From a virus, in the IMG/VR virus record IMGVR_UViG_3300045988_108212, positions 1 through 64,000 of that record: a stretch of 64,000 nt of DNA; one strand, given 5' to 3'. This document shows, in pieces, positions 45,036 through 54,871 of this stretch. Numbering within the stretch: the first letter of the stretch is position 1; every line of letters starts with the position of its first letter. The translations under genes and the position numbers were made by a program. The notes under the pieces are model-generated. The model made no database searches. It was not told where the DNA came from and was given only the letters and a program-made list of their open reading frames with translations.

Positions 45036-46026
45036 CGTTACGTCCTCGATTTTCAAGGATCTCTGTGCAAATATCTCTGTCTTTTCTTTTTGATGCTACT
45101 AAATCAGCGATATGCATATCCCATAAGTTATGATATTTTTTTGATCCAAAGCGTTTTGCCCATTTTGTTTCTGTTTTAGTATTGTTAGGCTTCCACTGGA
45201 ACGGTAACATATGGTAGTTAATATAGAAAGCAATGTCTCCTATATTATGATTCACAAATAAAGAATGCTGATTTGCAACCTCATAGACCAACATCATATA
45301 TGCACCAATATTTTCGTGTCCGTAATAGTGTGCCACACCATCTTCATCGAATGTCTGAGTGTATAATTTACCCATATCATGATATTTTGTAGCCACTGAC
45401 ACTGCATAATCGTTATGAATCTTTTTTGAAAAATCGTAAGCATCCGTCATATGTTTGCCAAGAGATTCCATATGATACGGATTCTTCTGGTCAAAGTCGT
45501 TATATATTTCTGAAACCCACGTACTTTCAAGTCTATAGTTATATTCGTCTTTATTGTGAATATGATCAACAAATTCAATCTTATCCCATCCTTCTTCAAG
45601 GAATGGAATCTGGAATTTTCTTGCCTGCTTCTCAATTACATAATCTGGTACTGGATGTTCTCTTCCAATGTTATCTTTTCTGCATTCATCAATTGGTTTT
45701 ACGATCACCACACAAACTTTCTCACAATCAATACCTTTAATGGCATTGAGAATAGATCGTCTTGACTTCATAGTAATATTCGTTGCTTCAGCCACAACGT
45801 CAATACCATTTTTAAGATATTTAACGATTAGACTATGAAATGTCTGAAATACTTCTTTATTTTTGGACTGATCTTCTACTCTTCCACATATATTTTCTCT
45901 AATACCATCTGTTGATATGGTGATAACTTCATTGCCACTGTCTTGTGAAACAGTGTTTATGTATTGTGATTTGCCTGATGCGGATAAACCACATAATAGT
46001 GTAAGTCTTGGTTTTCTTTCGCTCAT
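45025..46026 (-). CDS. P-loop polynucleotide-kinase-like domain fused to an HD phosphohydrolase domain (RNA end-healing candidate)
   Basis: Walker A GLSASGKS at the N-terminus. The C-terminal HD signature is KYHDMGK...YYGHENIG. Confidence 0.65.
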   Translation of the reverse strand: MSERKPRLTLLCGLSASGKSQYINTVSQDSGNEVITISTDGIRENICGRVEDQSKNKEVFQTFHSLIVKYLKNGIDVVAEATNITMKSRRSILNAIKGIDCEKVCVVIVKPIDECRKDNIGREHPVPDYVIEKQARKFQIPFLEEGWDKIEFVDHIHNKDEYNYRLESTWVSEIYNDFDQKNPYHMESLGKHMTDAYDFSKKIHNDYAVSVATKYHDMGKLYTQTFDEDGVAHYYGHENIGAYMMLVYEVANQHSLFVNHNIGDIAFYINYHMLPFQWKPNNTKTETKWAKRFGSKKYHNLWDMHIADLVASKRKDRDICTEILENRGRNDES

Positions 46027-46035
46027 GATTCTCCT

Positions 46036-46797
46036 TTATTCTTCCTGATCTTGGTGTTTTAACAGATATTCTCTGCTAACATTTTTAAAACTCTGCCGTC
46101 CTGACATATCTCTGTATACAAATCCTTCTCTTTTAACTTTTGGATTGATAATACTGAATCCGTCAGCCTGAAGCTTAATCTCTTCCATTGTATCTGGCGT
46201 TTTGTAGTGTTCATTGATAATTGGCACATGTTCTAAGTTATTATCATCACAGAATTTTGCCATTTCCTGTGTACCTTTACGAATTCCTTCAACTACCAAA
46301 TTGAATACGAATAAACGATTCTCTTTAAATTTGTAAGGATTTCCTTGTACATTACCTGTACCTTCGCCCTGTAAAACAACACGATCATATTTATTTGCAA
46401 TGGCATAATCAGTTAAAACTTTTTCAATATTATATTTATCGGCAAGTTCCCAGTAAATATTAGAATCATGGTGACATTTCTGATCTCTGTCAGCTTGTCT
46501 AACATTTCTACTGCATACAATAAAGTCAAATTTGTTCTTGCCTTTCTTACGATCAACAGCATATGTACATGACGTTCCGTCAATCTTTTCTGTTTGAATC
46601 CATTCATTTGTTGATTCAAGCCATAGTGGGCAATTTTCAATTCTATCTTCATCGGTTTTTACAATCCATGATGGAAAATCTTTAGGATTGTCTCGTTTTT
46701 TACCGAAAATCATGAATAAGATTTTTCTACCGATGCTATATCTCATCATTTTTCTAATAATTGGTTTTGAGAAAACTTTTTTATGTCTGGCTACCAT
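46036..46797 (-). CDS. ATP-dependent RNA ligase, nucleotidyltransferase part (DRB0094-like)
   Basis: FPSWIVKTDEDRIEN is followed by ligase motif I TEKIDGTS. Confidence 0.7.
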   Translation of the reverse strand: MVARHKKVFSKPIIRKMMRYSIGRKILFMIFGKKRDNPKDFPSWIVKTDEDRIENCPLWLESTNEWIQTEKIDGTSCTYAVDRKKGKNKFDFIVCSRNVRQADRDQKCHHDSNIYWELADKYNIEKVLTDYAIANKYDRVVLQGEGTGNVQGNPYKFKENRLFVFNLVVEGIRKGTQEMAKFCDDNNLEHVPIINEHYKTPDTMEEIKLQADGFSIINPKVKREGFVYRDMSGRQSFKNVSREYLLKHQDQEE

Positions 46798-46803
46798 AGA
46801 CTG

Positions 46804-47208
46804 CTATTTAGCATTTGTATCTACTTTATTGGCTTTTCTTTTTGCAACCTTTTCAGAAGCATATGTAATTCTCAATTCTTTTGTGACGTCATCACCGATT
46901 TGTTTATCGGATAGTTCGGGGAATAATGCAATTGGCATCGCCAATCCCTGACTGAAGCATTTAAATTTTCCTAGTTTCATCGTTTTAATCTTGTAATGCT
47001 TTGTTTCCAAGAAAGCAAATCTCTCATCATCTTCTGGGCATTTACTGTCAATTTCAATAAATACCGCTTTATCTCCTACTTTAAATTCCCCAATTTGGGC
47101 AATCAGCACCCAACCAAGAACTCCAATCAATTCAATTTTATCTGCGCCCTCGATTGGCTTAATCCATGCAATTTCTTCAATATGTGCTAATGCTCTTTCT
47201 TTTGTCAA
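46804..47208 (-). CDS. RNA ligase N-terminal OB-like part, separated from the catalytic part by a single in-frame TAG
   Basis: IEEIAWIKPIEGADKIELIGVLGWVLIAQIGEFKVGDKAVFIEIDS is the typical N-terminus of DRB0094-family ligases. The TAG at 46806..46804 is in frame with ATG 46797. Confidence 0.65.
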   Translation of the reverse strand: MTKERALAHIEEIAWIKPIEGADKIELIGVLGWVLIAQIGEFKVGDKAVFIEIDSKCPEDDERFAFLETKHYKIKTMKLGKFKCFSQGLAMPIALFPELSDKQIGDDVTKELRITYASEKVAKRKANKVDTNAK

Positions 47209-47283
47209 GTTCCTTCTTACCTTAGTAAGTAGTGCGCACTTTATCCTATAGGAACTTTGCTAATTTTTCCTTTCCTTTAAAAT

Positions 47284-47949
47284 TTAATCTTCTATCATGT
47301 TTCCTTTTGCCTTATTGCAAATTTCACACATTAGTTGATAGTTGCTAATATCATCAATACCACCTTTAGATCGTGGTATAATATGATCTTTTGTTATTAA
47401 AATTTCATCACCATCATCATCGACTGCATATAAATTCAAGTGATAGCTCTTGTCTTTCAAACCTTTTTCTTTAGCAAAATATTTACCTTCGATTCCGCAC
47501 TTAACACATTTGCAGCCTTTAGTGAAGAATGTCTGATATCTCTGGCTATTGCCTTTAATCAAATCGCCATCGAATTTAACTTTTACTTTATTGTTTTGGC
47601 TCGCAAACATAACATTTTCCACTTTATCCCTAACTTCATCAATAGAATAAATACCCTTTCTGATATATTTATGAGTTGGTTTGTGAGGTTTCTGTTTTGC
47701 TTTAGTTAAATCAAAGCCTTTTAGGAGTCTTTTTACTTCGCCCAAACTATACGTCTCATCAAATAATGCACACCCCTTCCAAGCAACACAGGTAATCTTT
47801 GTGTCATTGGTTGGTGCCATAGGATTATTATGTTTATGAGAGTCGGTATCTAAATCTAATAACTCCTGTACTGTTCGAAATGATTGTTTTAGTCTCTTCT
47901 CACCGACCTGATAATATATTGTTAGCTTTCTTATCTGATGTTTGGACAT
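47284..47949 (-). CDS. free-standing HNH endonuclease
   Basis: C-terminus: DHIIPRSKGGIDDISNYQLMCEICNKAKGN. Confidence 0.8.
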   Translation of the reverse strand: MSKHQIRKLTIYYQVGEKRLKQSFRTVQELLDLDTDSHKHNNPMAPTNDTKITCVAWKGCALFDETYSLGEVKRLLKGFDLTKAKQKPHKPTHKYIRKGIYSIDEVRDKVENVMFASQNNKVKVKFDGDLIKGNSQRYQTFFTKGCKCVKCGIEGKYFAKEKGLKDKSYHLNLYAVDDDGDEILITKDHIIPRSKGGIDDISNYQLMCEICNKAKGNMIED

Positions 47950-47983
47950 GTTTATACTCCTTTCTTTATTTCAAAGCCAAATT

Positions 47984-48313
47984 TTATTTCTCTTGTTTCT
48001 TTTTGCTATAGTCACAGTCAATCGTAATTTTGATCCGTTTGATTATAGATGAATTCTCGTATTCGGTAACGTCTCTTGTTATTGAACCATTACACTTTTC
48101 ACACTGCTGCGAGTGTCTTGCTATCATATTTAACGTAACAGCCGCCATCTCTGCACATCTATGGCAAACATCTACCTCAGAAGAACCAAGAACTGACTGA
48201 TCAGGGCTATTGATTCCAAGGTATTCAACTGTTGGTATTGTTAATTTATGATGTTTGTCGGTACACTCTTTGTTGCAGAAATCACAGTAATATTTTGTTT
48301 CTGTTTTCTTCAT
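47984..48313 (-). CDS. small Cys-rich zinc-finger protein (paralogue 1)
   Basis: The N-terminus KYYCDFCNKECTDKHHKLTIP is shared with the next gene. Confidence 0.55.
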   Translation of the reverse strand: MKKTETKYYCDFCNKECTDKHHKLTIPTVEYLGINSPDQSVLGSSEVDVCHRCAEMAAVTLNMIARHSQQCEKCNGSITRDVTEYENSSIIKRIKITIDCDYSKKKQEK

Positions 48314-48346
48314 TAATTACATCCTCTGTTATATGCATTTTGTTAA

Positions 48347-48712
48347 TCATTCATCATATTCAATCGTCATTGTGTGTTCTGTTTTTGGATAACGATTACG
48401 GCTTGCAAATGAACCAATAGTGTCAATGTATGGGATCGCAAACTTATCTTGTTTGGCAGTTTGTTTAATTCCAACCTCATTCTTGCAAGCGTTTGAAAGA
48501 AATGTATTTATCCGAGCATTTATCCTCATGCATTTACCGCACAAATCTAATCGTTGGATTATAATAGAATTGTCATCTGGCTCGCCTGCACAGAATCTGC
48601 TTGAATATCCATTGGATGTAATGAAAGGGAGCGTAATGTCATAGTGATTGTGTGTACATTCAGCCCCACAAAAATCACAATAATATTCTTCAATTGTTTT
48701 TTCTTTCTTCAT
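48347..48712 (-). CDS. small Cys-rich zinc-finger protein (paralogue 2)
   Basis: EYYCDFCGAECTHNHYDITLP and a later CGKC motif. Confidence 0.55.
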   Translation of the reverse strand: MKKEKTIEEYYCDFCGAECTHNHYDITLPFITSNGYSSRFCAGEPDDNSIIIQRLDLCGKCMRINARINTFLSNACKNEVGIKQTAKQDKFAIPYIDTIGSFASRNRYPKTEHTMTIEYDE

Positions 48713-48715
48713 TCT

Positions 48716-49162
48716 TTAAACCCTCCAATCATATACACCTATTTGATCAATAATTTCATTTAAAAATTCAACAAGGTCGCTTGCATCGCCAACAAACATA
48801 TTGCCCTGTGTCTTGATTTCGTATTTATAAGATGACTCATTTTCAGCAAGCTCAACTAAATATCCATTTCGTGGATATCCACCTGTTGAATATTCAAAAA
48901 CTGAACCTTTGTTAACTGTTTCATATTTAGGGTTCAATGCAAATCCATCATTGACTCTTACGTCTTCATTGGCAATTCTTAAAGTACAATATCTATGATC
49001 GCCTTTTCTTGCATAACATTTTAATTTTGGTTTATCTTCAAAATAAATTTGCTTAGAACATCCGTTTTCGTCATAAACTCTACGGTATTTCTTAACGTGA
49101 AACATTACGCCATCTTTAACTTTATAAACATCCTCATAGTCTGATGCAAAAACCTGTTCCAT
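48716..49162 (-). CDS. hypothetical protein
   Basis: ATG at 49162 follows AAAGGAGAAAT. The track start at 49204 lacks an SD. Confidence 0.55.
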   Translation of the reverse strand: MEQVFASDYEDVYKVKDGVMFHVKKYRRVYDENGCSKQIYFEDKPKLKCYARKGDHRYCTLRIANEDVRVNDGFALNPKYETVNKGSVFEYSTGGYPRNGYLVELAENESSYKYEIKTQGNMFVGDASDLVEFLNEIIDQIGVYDWRV

Positions 49163-49290
49163 ATTTCTCCTTTCTGTGCTATAATAAATTTGCACATGAA
49201 TCAAAAGTTATTTGAGAACGGTGTAATTTTGTATACGAGATACCACTTCTTAATTGAGGTGGTATCTTTTTTGTACACAAAACATTTATT

Positions 49291-49707
49291 TTATGAATCC
49301 TGTTTTACTGGAACCCATTCAGTTACAGGAACCATTTTATCTACTCTCTTCACTTCGTATGGCTGATCATAGAATTCATCTCCCTGCATTTCTGTCAGCC
49401 CCTTAAACCAATCAATCGCAAAATACTTGTCTCGAATTTTAATAATGCTTGTCATTGGCTTAACCCATCTCAGGTCATCTCCTGAAATCTCATCTACATG
49501 TATGTGCCGATAATCATAAATTAATTCTTTAAGCTCGCCTTCCGTTAAATCAATTCCTTCTGTAATTTTGTCGTACATGATTTCTTTGAAATTTTTGCTA
49601 TAATAGTTTTCGTCATCCCATTTTGTTTTATCTGTAATCATTCTTCTATCTCCTTTTGTCAAATAATTATGATTGATCCATTTCTTTAACTTATCATTTG
49701 CATTCAT
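49291..49707 (-). CDS. hypothetical protein
   Basis: ATGA overlap with the upstream gene. Confidence 0.55.
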   Translation of the reverse strand: MNANDKLKKWINHNYLTKGDRRMITDKTKWDDENYYSKNFKEIMYDKITEGIDLTEGELKELIYDYRHIHVDEISGDDLRWVKPMTSIIKIRDKYFAIDWFKGLTEMQGDEFYDQPYEVKRVDKMVPVTEWVPVKQDS

Positions 49708-50348
49708 GAGTGCACTCTCTCTACTAGTACATCTGATCTAAATGTACATACTGGACGAATGTTAAAAGACTCCGCACAATAACATTGTTTGACAACACCA
49801 CATGTATCAACAGCACAAATAGCTGAACAATTTTCTTCTGATACGGCAGTTAATAATACCCATTCAATATGACCTGGAAATTTTGTTGGGTACTCTAAAT
49901 ACTCCCTGTATAGCCTATATTCGTCTAAAGTTAGTAAAGAAACTTTATCAATACTTATTTCATTCGCCATTGTTCCATCAAGTGCCATTAAATCACGTTC
50001 CATATACTGCAACACATCATGATGACAATTATCTTCAATTTCACATCCGATATATTTTAAATCGTGACGAAGACGACTAGGTTCCCATCTGTTACAATAT
50101 GTGTCGAATGGCTTTGTATCACTCAAAAAATCTTTCATGATGCAAAAACAAGTTTGAGCATATTTAAACTGATTTAATACGATCCATTCATACCCTGCTA
50201 CCTTAAAGGTATCACCAGCATTTAATGTTTGAAGCTCTACTTTTTCTGAGGTACAATCATTTTCTTCCGACTTCATCATGTCTTTATCTTCAATTACTTT
50301 TACGACCGCCTTGGCAATGTCATAAATATCTTCTTTATCTAACGTCAA
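49704..50348 (-). CDS. hypothetical Cys-rich protein
   Basis: 214-aa ORF overlapping the upstream stop. Confidence 0.55.
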   Translation of the reverse strand: MTLDKEDIYDIAKAVVKVIEDKDMMKSEENDCTSEKVELQTLNAGDTFKVAGYEWIVLNQFKYAQTCFCIMKDFLSDTKPFDTYCNRWEPSRLRHDLKYIGCEIEDNCHHDVLQYMERDLMALDGTMANEISIDKVSLLTLDEYRLYREYLEYPTKFPGHIEWVLLTAVSEENCSAICAVDTCGVVKQCYCAESFNIRPVCTFRSDVLVERVHS

Positions 50349-51348
50349 GTTTTCTCTCCTTTACAAATTTTCTATATTGTTTTGTATACTCATAAGAATC
50401 TTTAAATATATTACAGATACCGTTATACATTCTTGGCTCAAATTGTTTGACGATATCAAGTTCGTTTTGATAATCTTTACCGAACGGACACCCACAACAG
50501 CCTGTCCTTTTTAACCCATATCTGCTATAACAATCCGAGTGACTAATCTTAAAATATGCACAATATTCTGATTTGTCGCTATCCAAATACCAAAAAATTG
50601 GTCTATATTGATCACACTGCCCGACTTTTTTATCAAAACAGCTTTTATATCTTGATGCCCTTACTCCGCCTTCGGCTTTCCGAACACCTACAATACTTAG
50701 ATCGTACCCATTGTCTTTTATTGCTTTATGAGATACATCTTTCTTAGCATAGTTACAACACTTCCCAGAAATCTTAAATTGCGGTGGATTCTGGACTATA
50801 AATTCTTTTAAAAATCTGTTGTAGTTAATGTTGAAACTACTCAATCTTTTGCCATTATTTAATGTACCGTGTGAATCACACCACCACATAAGAGCAGATT
50901 TGCACTTCGGATACTTCTTGTATAAATCATCAAATGGTTTGTCTTCCCATTGGAATCCGTGACCTTGCAATCTATACATCATTTCGCTGACATACTTGGA
51001 CATAAATGGTTGCCCATATATCTTGCACGATAACGGAATTGCTTTAATTGCTTTCTGTCGGATGATCTCAATACCATATTTGGTTTCAAGATATTTCAGA
51101 TGATCTTTAGTTGCTTGATACTCTAAACCAGTATCAAACCACATGTAATCAACCTTGTTATGTATGTCGCATTTCCATATAATGTCTAGCATCACATCAC
51201 TGTCAGCTCCGCCAGAAATTGAGCATAAAATCTTTTTATAATCAGTTCTGTTTATAATTGACCATGCCCGAATCATGTTGTCACAAATTGTCTTGTTTAC
51301 AGGGCATGTGCCCAATAATTCATCAATATTCTTAGGTTTCTTAACCAA
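50335..51348 (-). CDS. PP-loop ATPase / PAPS-reductase-family protein (type 1)
   Basis: SISGGADSDVMLD PP-loop, a KCCNYAKK motif and the C-terminal cluster RTGCCGCPF. The start is TTG. Confidence 0.7.
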   Translation of the reverse strand: MVKKPKNIDELLGTCPVNKTICDNMIRAWSIINRTDYKKILCSISGGADSDVMLDIIWKCDIHNKVDYMWFDTGLEYQATKDHLKYLETKYGIEIIRQKAIKAIPLSCKIYGQPFMSKYVSEMMYRLQGHGFQWEDKPFDDLYKKYPKCKSALMWWCDSHGTLNNGKRLSSFNINYNRFLKEFIVQNPPQFKISGKCCNYAKKDVSHKAIKDNGYDLSIVGVRKAEGGVRASRYKSCFDKKVGQCDQYRPIFWYLDSDKSEYCAYFKISHSDCYSRYGLKRTGCCGCPFGKDYQNELDIVKQFEPRMYNGICNIFKDSYEYTKQYRKFVKERKLDVR

Positions 51349-51353
51349 ATGTA

Positions 51354-51388
51354 CTTCCTCACGAAAATTTATTTCGTTTTCCGTGAGG
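51354..51388 (-). promoter_or_regulatory. hairpin sequestering the SD of the PP-loop gene
   Basis: In the minus-strand RNA, CCUCACG (51388..51382) pairs with CGUGAGG (51363..51357). The SD GAGGAAG (51360..51354) overlaps the 3' arm. Confidence 0.45.
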
Positions 51389-51525
51389 TAAAGCCATACT
51401 TGGTGAGTGTCTTTTTACATCACTATCACATTACTTTTTCGATACAATCTAACCAACGATCCGTTGAATCATATCTTCGTGAAAACCTTTATATTCTAAA
51501 GGTAATTAGCACAGATGGTTGAAGC

Positions 51526-51882
51526 CTAACCAATCGGCAGCACAGCGTCTCCGATATATTTCATATCTAAGATTTCGCAATCTTTCATTGGATGATCTGG
51601 ATTCTCATTATTGTAATCTCTTACAAACATATCGAGCCAAAAATCAGAATACTCGTTATCATCTTTTGAGTTGAATACTGCATATCTGTATGCATTTTTA
51701 TAGTTTCCCTTTGCTGTAAAATATGCTAGTTTGATTTGATATACTGGCAATTCTATTCTTGTTTTGATAAAGTTCTTTGGGTGTGTATCACGTAGCTTAG
51801 ATCGTAATTCTTCATCAAAAATTTCAACTGTATCAATTCCTGTTCTGATAGCGCATTCATCAAAAAATCGGTTAGGATGCAC
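51526..51882 (-). CDS. hypothetical protein, paralogue of 54548..54871
   Basis: The C-terminal halves align (PVYQIKLAYFTAKGNYKNAYRY...ILDMKYIGDAVLPIG versus PIWKVLYRYKTARGNDKTATKY...ILDSTFLGKVYIPLE). Confidence 0.6.
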   Translation of the reverse strand: MHPNRFFDECAIRTGIDTVEIFDEELRSKLRDTHPKNFIKTRIELPVYQIKLAYFTAKGNYKNAYRYAVFNSKDDNEYSDFWLDMFVRDYNNENPDHPMKDCEILDMKYIGDAVLPIG

Positions 51883-51916
51883 TGCTTTTCACCACCTTTC
51901 TATCTTATTTTATATA

Positions 51917-52138
51917 TCAAACGTCGATTCTATAATTGCACTGCGGACATGTAATGTGACCGAATGCTTCAACATCTGGACAATCTATAATATATCCATG
52001 TCCAGTATCCCATGGAGAATTTTGACACCTACATACATCTTCCATTTCATAACTTAAAACTGCGCCACAATTTTTACAGGTTGTCTTTTTCTTTGTTCCT
52101 TCTTTTAAAATTTCAATCATTTGCCAATCTCTCCCCAT
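51917..52138 (-). CDS. small zinc-ribbon protein
   Basis: CKNCG...CPQCN pairs. Confidence 0.5.
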   Translation of the reverse strand: MGRDWQMIEILKEGTKKKTTCKNCGAVLSYEMEDVCRCQNSPWDTGHGYIIDCPDVEAFGHITCPQCNYRIDV

Positions 52139-52581
52139 CGTGGTGTAACAGAAAATACGCTAAAACTTGGGCAATTGTCATCATATGTAATAGAAGAAAT
52201 CGTCCATCCTTTGATCAACTCTTCAGCGTAATCAAGATCATCTTCTTCATAATATAATCTGTCATACTCGTATACTGCGTTGTCACTATTCAACCAATTA
52301 ATGATAATCTCTATCAACATATTGAAAGATGGTTTCATAATATCTCCAGACAATACAATATCCCACTGTTTCATATATTCTTCATCTAAAGCATCGTCAT
52401 CTCTGTTTTTTGTCGGTATCCATCCAAAGTATAACTTTCCGTCTACTTCTTTAATTCCACGTAATTCATCTGCTGTTTCTCCATAAATATCAACAATGAA
52501 TCTCAATGTCTTTTCCAACGTCCCGTTAAATGTATCTTTTAGACTTCCCGATACTATGAAAGGTTTATCGTTCGTGAACAT
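52117..52581 (-). CDS. hypothetical protein
   Basis: 154-aa ORF. Confidence 0.55.
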   Translation of the reverse strand: MFTNDKPFIVSGSLKDTFNGTLEKTLRFIVDIYGETADELRGIKEVDGKLYFGWIPTKNRDDDALDEEYMKQWDIVLSGDIMKPSFNMLIEIIINWLNSDNAVYEYDRLYYEEDDLDYAEELIKGWTISSITYDDNCPSFSVFSVTPRWGEIGK

Positions 52582-52637
52582 ACGCTTACCACTCCTTTCG
52601 CAAATTAAATATTTCTTTTATGTAAATTGATTATTTC

Positions 52638-52862
52638 CTATGAAATAAGTACCACTGATCCAGAAATAAGCGTTCCGTTATCCAAGACAATGTCCTGAAC
52701 GTCAATTTCTTTTAAAGTGGTAATTGTTTCGTTATACGTATTAATTCCACTTATTATAATCAAGTCTTTATCAAATTTTTCTAGCTTAGAGATAAGATCT
52801 CTTACTGTAACAGGGTTGCGTCCAAAGACCCCATAGTCTTCTCTTGTTAATTTTTTAGACAT
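52638..52862 (-). CDS. hypothetical small protein
   Basis: 74-aa ORF. AAGGAGGATTT precedes the ATG. Confidence 0.5.
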   Translation of the reverse strand: MSKKLTREDYGVFGRNPVTVRDLISKLEKFDKDLIIISGINTYNETITTLKEIDVQDIVLDNGTLISGSVVLIS

Positions 52863-52871
52863 AAATCCTCC

Positions 52872-53057
52872 TTAACAAATTCTCACAATCCTACAATTGC
52901 GATAACCTATTCCATAATCGATTGTGATAGTGTCGTCTTCAATTGTTTCAGCAAATTCGTCTTCCATATCGCAACCGAACAATACTGGCGTATCATCTGA
53001 ATATTTTTCTAACTCTTTTTTAAGCTGTCCAACTGTTATATAATTTGGTTCTTCCAA
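52872..53057 (-). CDS. hypothetical small protein
   Basis: 61-aa ORF. It shares the pattern LKKELEKYSDDTPV with LISKLEKFDKDLII of the next gene, so the two may be paralogues. Confidence 0.45.
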   Translation of the reverse strand: MEEPNYITVGQLKKELEKYSDDTPVLFGCDMEDEFAETIEDDTITIDYGIGYRNCRIVRIC

Positions 53058-53069
53058 TTTAATCTCCTT

Positions 53070-54350
53070 TCAAAATAACTCACATCCTGCTTGTCTAAAC
53101 ATATCAATCTGATAATTCCATGCTTCAAAATCCCAACCATATTCTTTCATAAAACATTTCTTACAATAAAATTTCTCAATGTTTCTGCCATGTAATTTAA
53201 GATTCATACTCAAAACTTCTTTGTGTTTAATTCGTTTACCGCAGCAATCACATACTTTGTTAAAATATTTAATTGCCACTTTCTGATCAATTCCAGAATA
53301 TTCAGCAAACTCATTTATAACTTCTTTTGTTGGCTCATTCCTAAATGTTCCACCGTTCCAAGCTTGCGTTAAATATTCGTCCAATGTGCAATTCATAATA
53401 ATCCATTTCTTATTGCTTATAAAATCTTCTTTGAGAATATCTCTCCATCTTTGGTACGATTTCAGATACCAATATTTGTCAAGAATCCATGTAGATTTCG
53501 TATAAAATGGGCAAGCACAATGGCATCCAACTCTGGAATATCCTTTCTTATACTTAGGATTAACAGGAATATTTCTCCATATTGTATACAGCCAGATATC
53601 AAGCTCTGTCCATTTTCTAATAGGTAGAATTCCTTGCCAACAAGTCTTGCCCCATTCGGCTTTGTTAACCCATTCATCCTCATAAGAACTTCTTGTATTT
53701 GATTCTTCATTTCTCATTCCCATCCACAATAAATACGGATGATCATGGTCAAGTTGTGATGTCATCACGCCTGTTTTGAAAATTCTACAACAAAATCTTG
53801 AAAACCTAGTTGGAATCATATGATCAGATGCTACATATTGATAGAATCCTTTGTCTGGATTCATGATTTCACAATTCGTAAACTCTTTTACCATTTGATA
53901 TGTGTCTGCACAATCTAAGGATGTATTGTTAAATATTGCTTTTGTATCAGGATATAAACTTCTCACAAGATGACATGTAACTATAGAATCTTTTCCCATT
54001 GACACAGGAATAATCGAAGTATAGTTCTCGTATTTCTGCATCCTTTCTTTGATTAGATTCAATGACTCAGATTCAATTTGAATTAAATGTTCTTTATTTA
54101 AGTCGATTAGTTCTTTCCAACTGATTAAATCTATATCCTGTACGTTTTCATATGTTTTTAGTTTTTTAATTTCAACAGCTTCTAAATCATTAGAAACAAC
54201 AACTTTGTAAAATTTATGTATATTTCCTTGCTTGTCAAATCCTTTAATGATCTGTCTGTTAAGCCAAAAATATCCTTCTTTTAAATCTGGTAATTTTTCA
54301 CCAGACATTTCTCTTAAAAAATTAATATATCCATCATAGATTGGATTCAA
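53070..54350 (-). CDS. PAPS-reductase-family PP-loop protein with a C-terminal extension (type 2, IbrA-like)
   Basis: PVSMGKDSIV PP-loop, RFCCRIFK and RVGCHCACPF motifs, plus a C-terminal Cys-rich tail. The start is TTG. Confidence 0.7.
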   Translation of the reverse strand: MNPIYDGYINFLREMSGEKLPDLKEGYFWLNRQIIKGFDKQGNIHKFYKVVVSNDLEAVEIKKLKTYENVQDIDLISWKELIDLNKEHLIQIESESLNLIKERMQKYENYTSIIPVSMGKDSIVTCHLVRSLYPDTKAIFNNTSLDCADTYQMVKEFTNCEIMNPDKGFYQYVASDHMIPTRFSRFCCRIFKTGVMTSQLDHDHPYLLWMGMRNEESNTRSSYEDEWVNKAEWGKTCWQGILPIRKWTELDIWLYTIWRNIPVNPKYKKGYSRVGCHCACPFYTKSTWILDKYWYLKSYQRWRDILKEDFISNKKWIIMNCTLDEYLTQAWNGGTFRNEPTKEVINEFAEYSGIDQKVAIKYFNKVCDCCGKRIKHKEVLSMNLKLHGRNIEKFYCKKCFMKEYGWDFEAWNYQIDMFRQAGCELF

Positions 54351-54356
54351 TTGTAA

Positions 54357-54395
54357 TCTTCCTTTAACTTTTGGATTTTACCCATCCGTTAAAGG
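54357..54395 (-). promoter_or_regulatory. hairpin sequestering the SD of the second PP-loop gene
   Basis: In the minus-strand RNA, CCUUUAAC (54395..54388) pairs with GUUAAAGG (54368..54361). The SD AAAGGAAG overlaps the 3' arm. Confidence 0.45.
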
Positions 54396-54547
54396 TGTTT
54401 ATCTTATACTTAGATACCAATTGTCTTAGGTCATGGCGTAAGATTTTACGTTTTAGCCATCATTGTCGCTATGTTTCATGGGTAATGCATGACATCTCAC
54501 TATACAACCCTGATTACAGGGAATTGATCACAATTGAGTTTTTATAT

Positions 54548-54871
54548 TTATTCAAGTGGAATATATACTTTTCCAAGAAATGTACTATCAAGAATTTCTA
54601 CATTTGATAGTTTTCTTTCTGGGTGTTTTTCATTGAACTCAGTAATATAATTTTTAAATTCATTGTCAATCATATCCCACGAAAATTCTTCTAAAATCAT
54701 ATACTTTGTTGCCGTCTTATCGTTGCCACGAGCAGTTTTATAGCGATACAGGACTTTCCAAATTGGAATTGGAATCTGATTACTTATAATCTGCTTTGGG
54801 TGGCAGTTTGTAAATTCTTCCAAATCACTATTGTTATATGTGCAATTTAATTGCAGTTCCGAAATTTTCAC
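54548..54871 (-). CDS. hypothetical protein, paralogue of 51526..51882
   Basis: See the paralogue alignment. It holds the same position upstream of a PP-loop gene. Confidence 0.6.
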   Translation of the reverse strand: MKISELQLNCTYNNSDLEEFTNCHPKQIISNQIPIPIWKVLYRYKTARGNDKTATKYMILEEFSWDMIDNEFKNYITEFNEKHPERKLSNVEILDSTFLGKVYIPLE

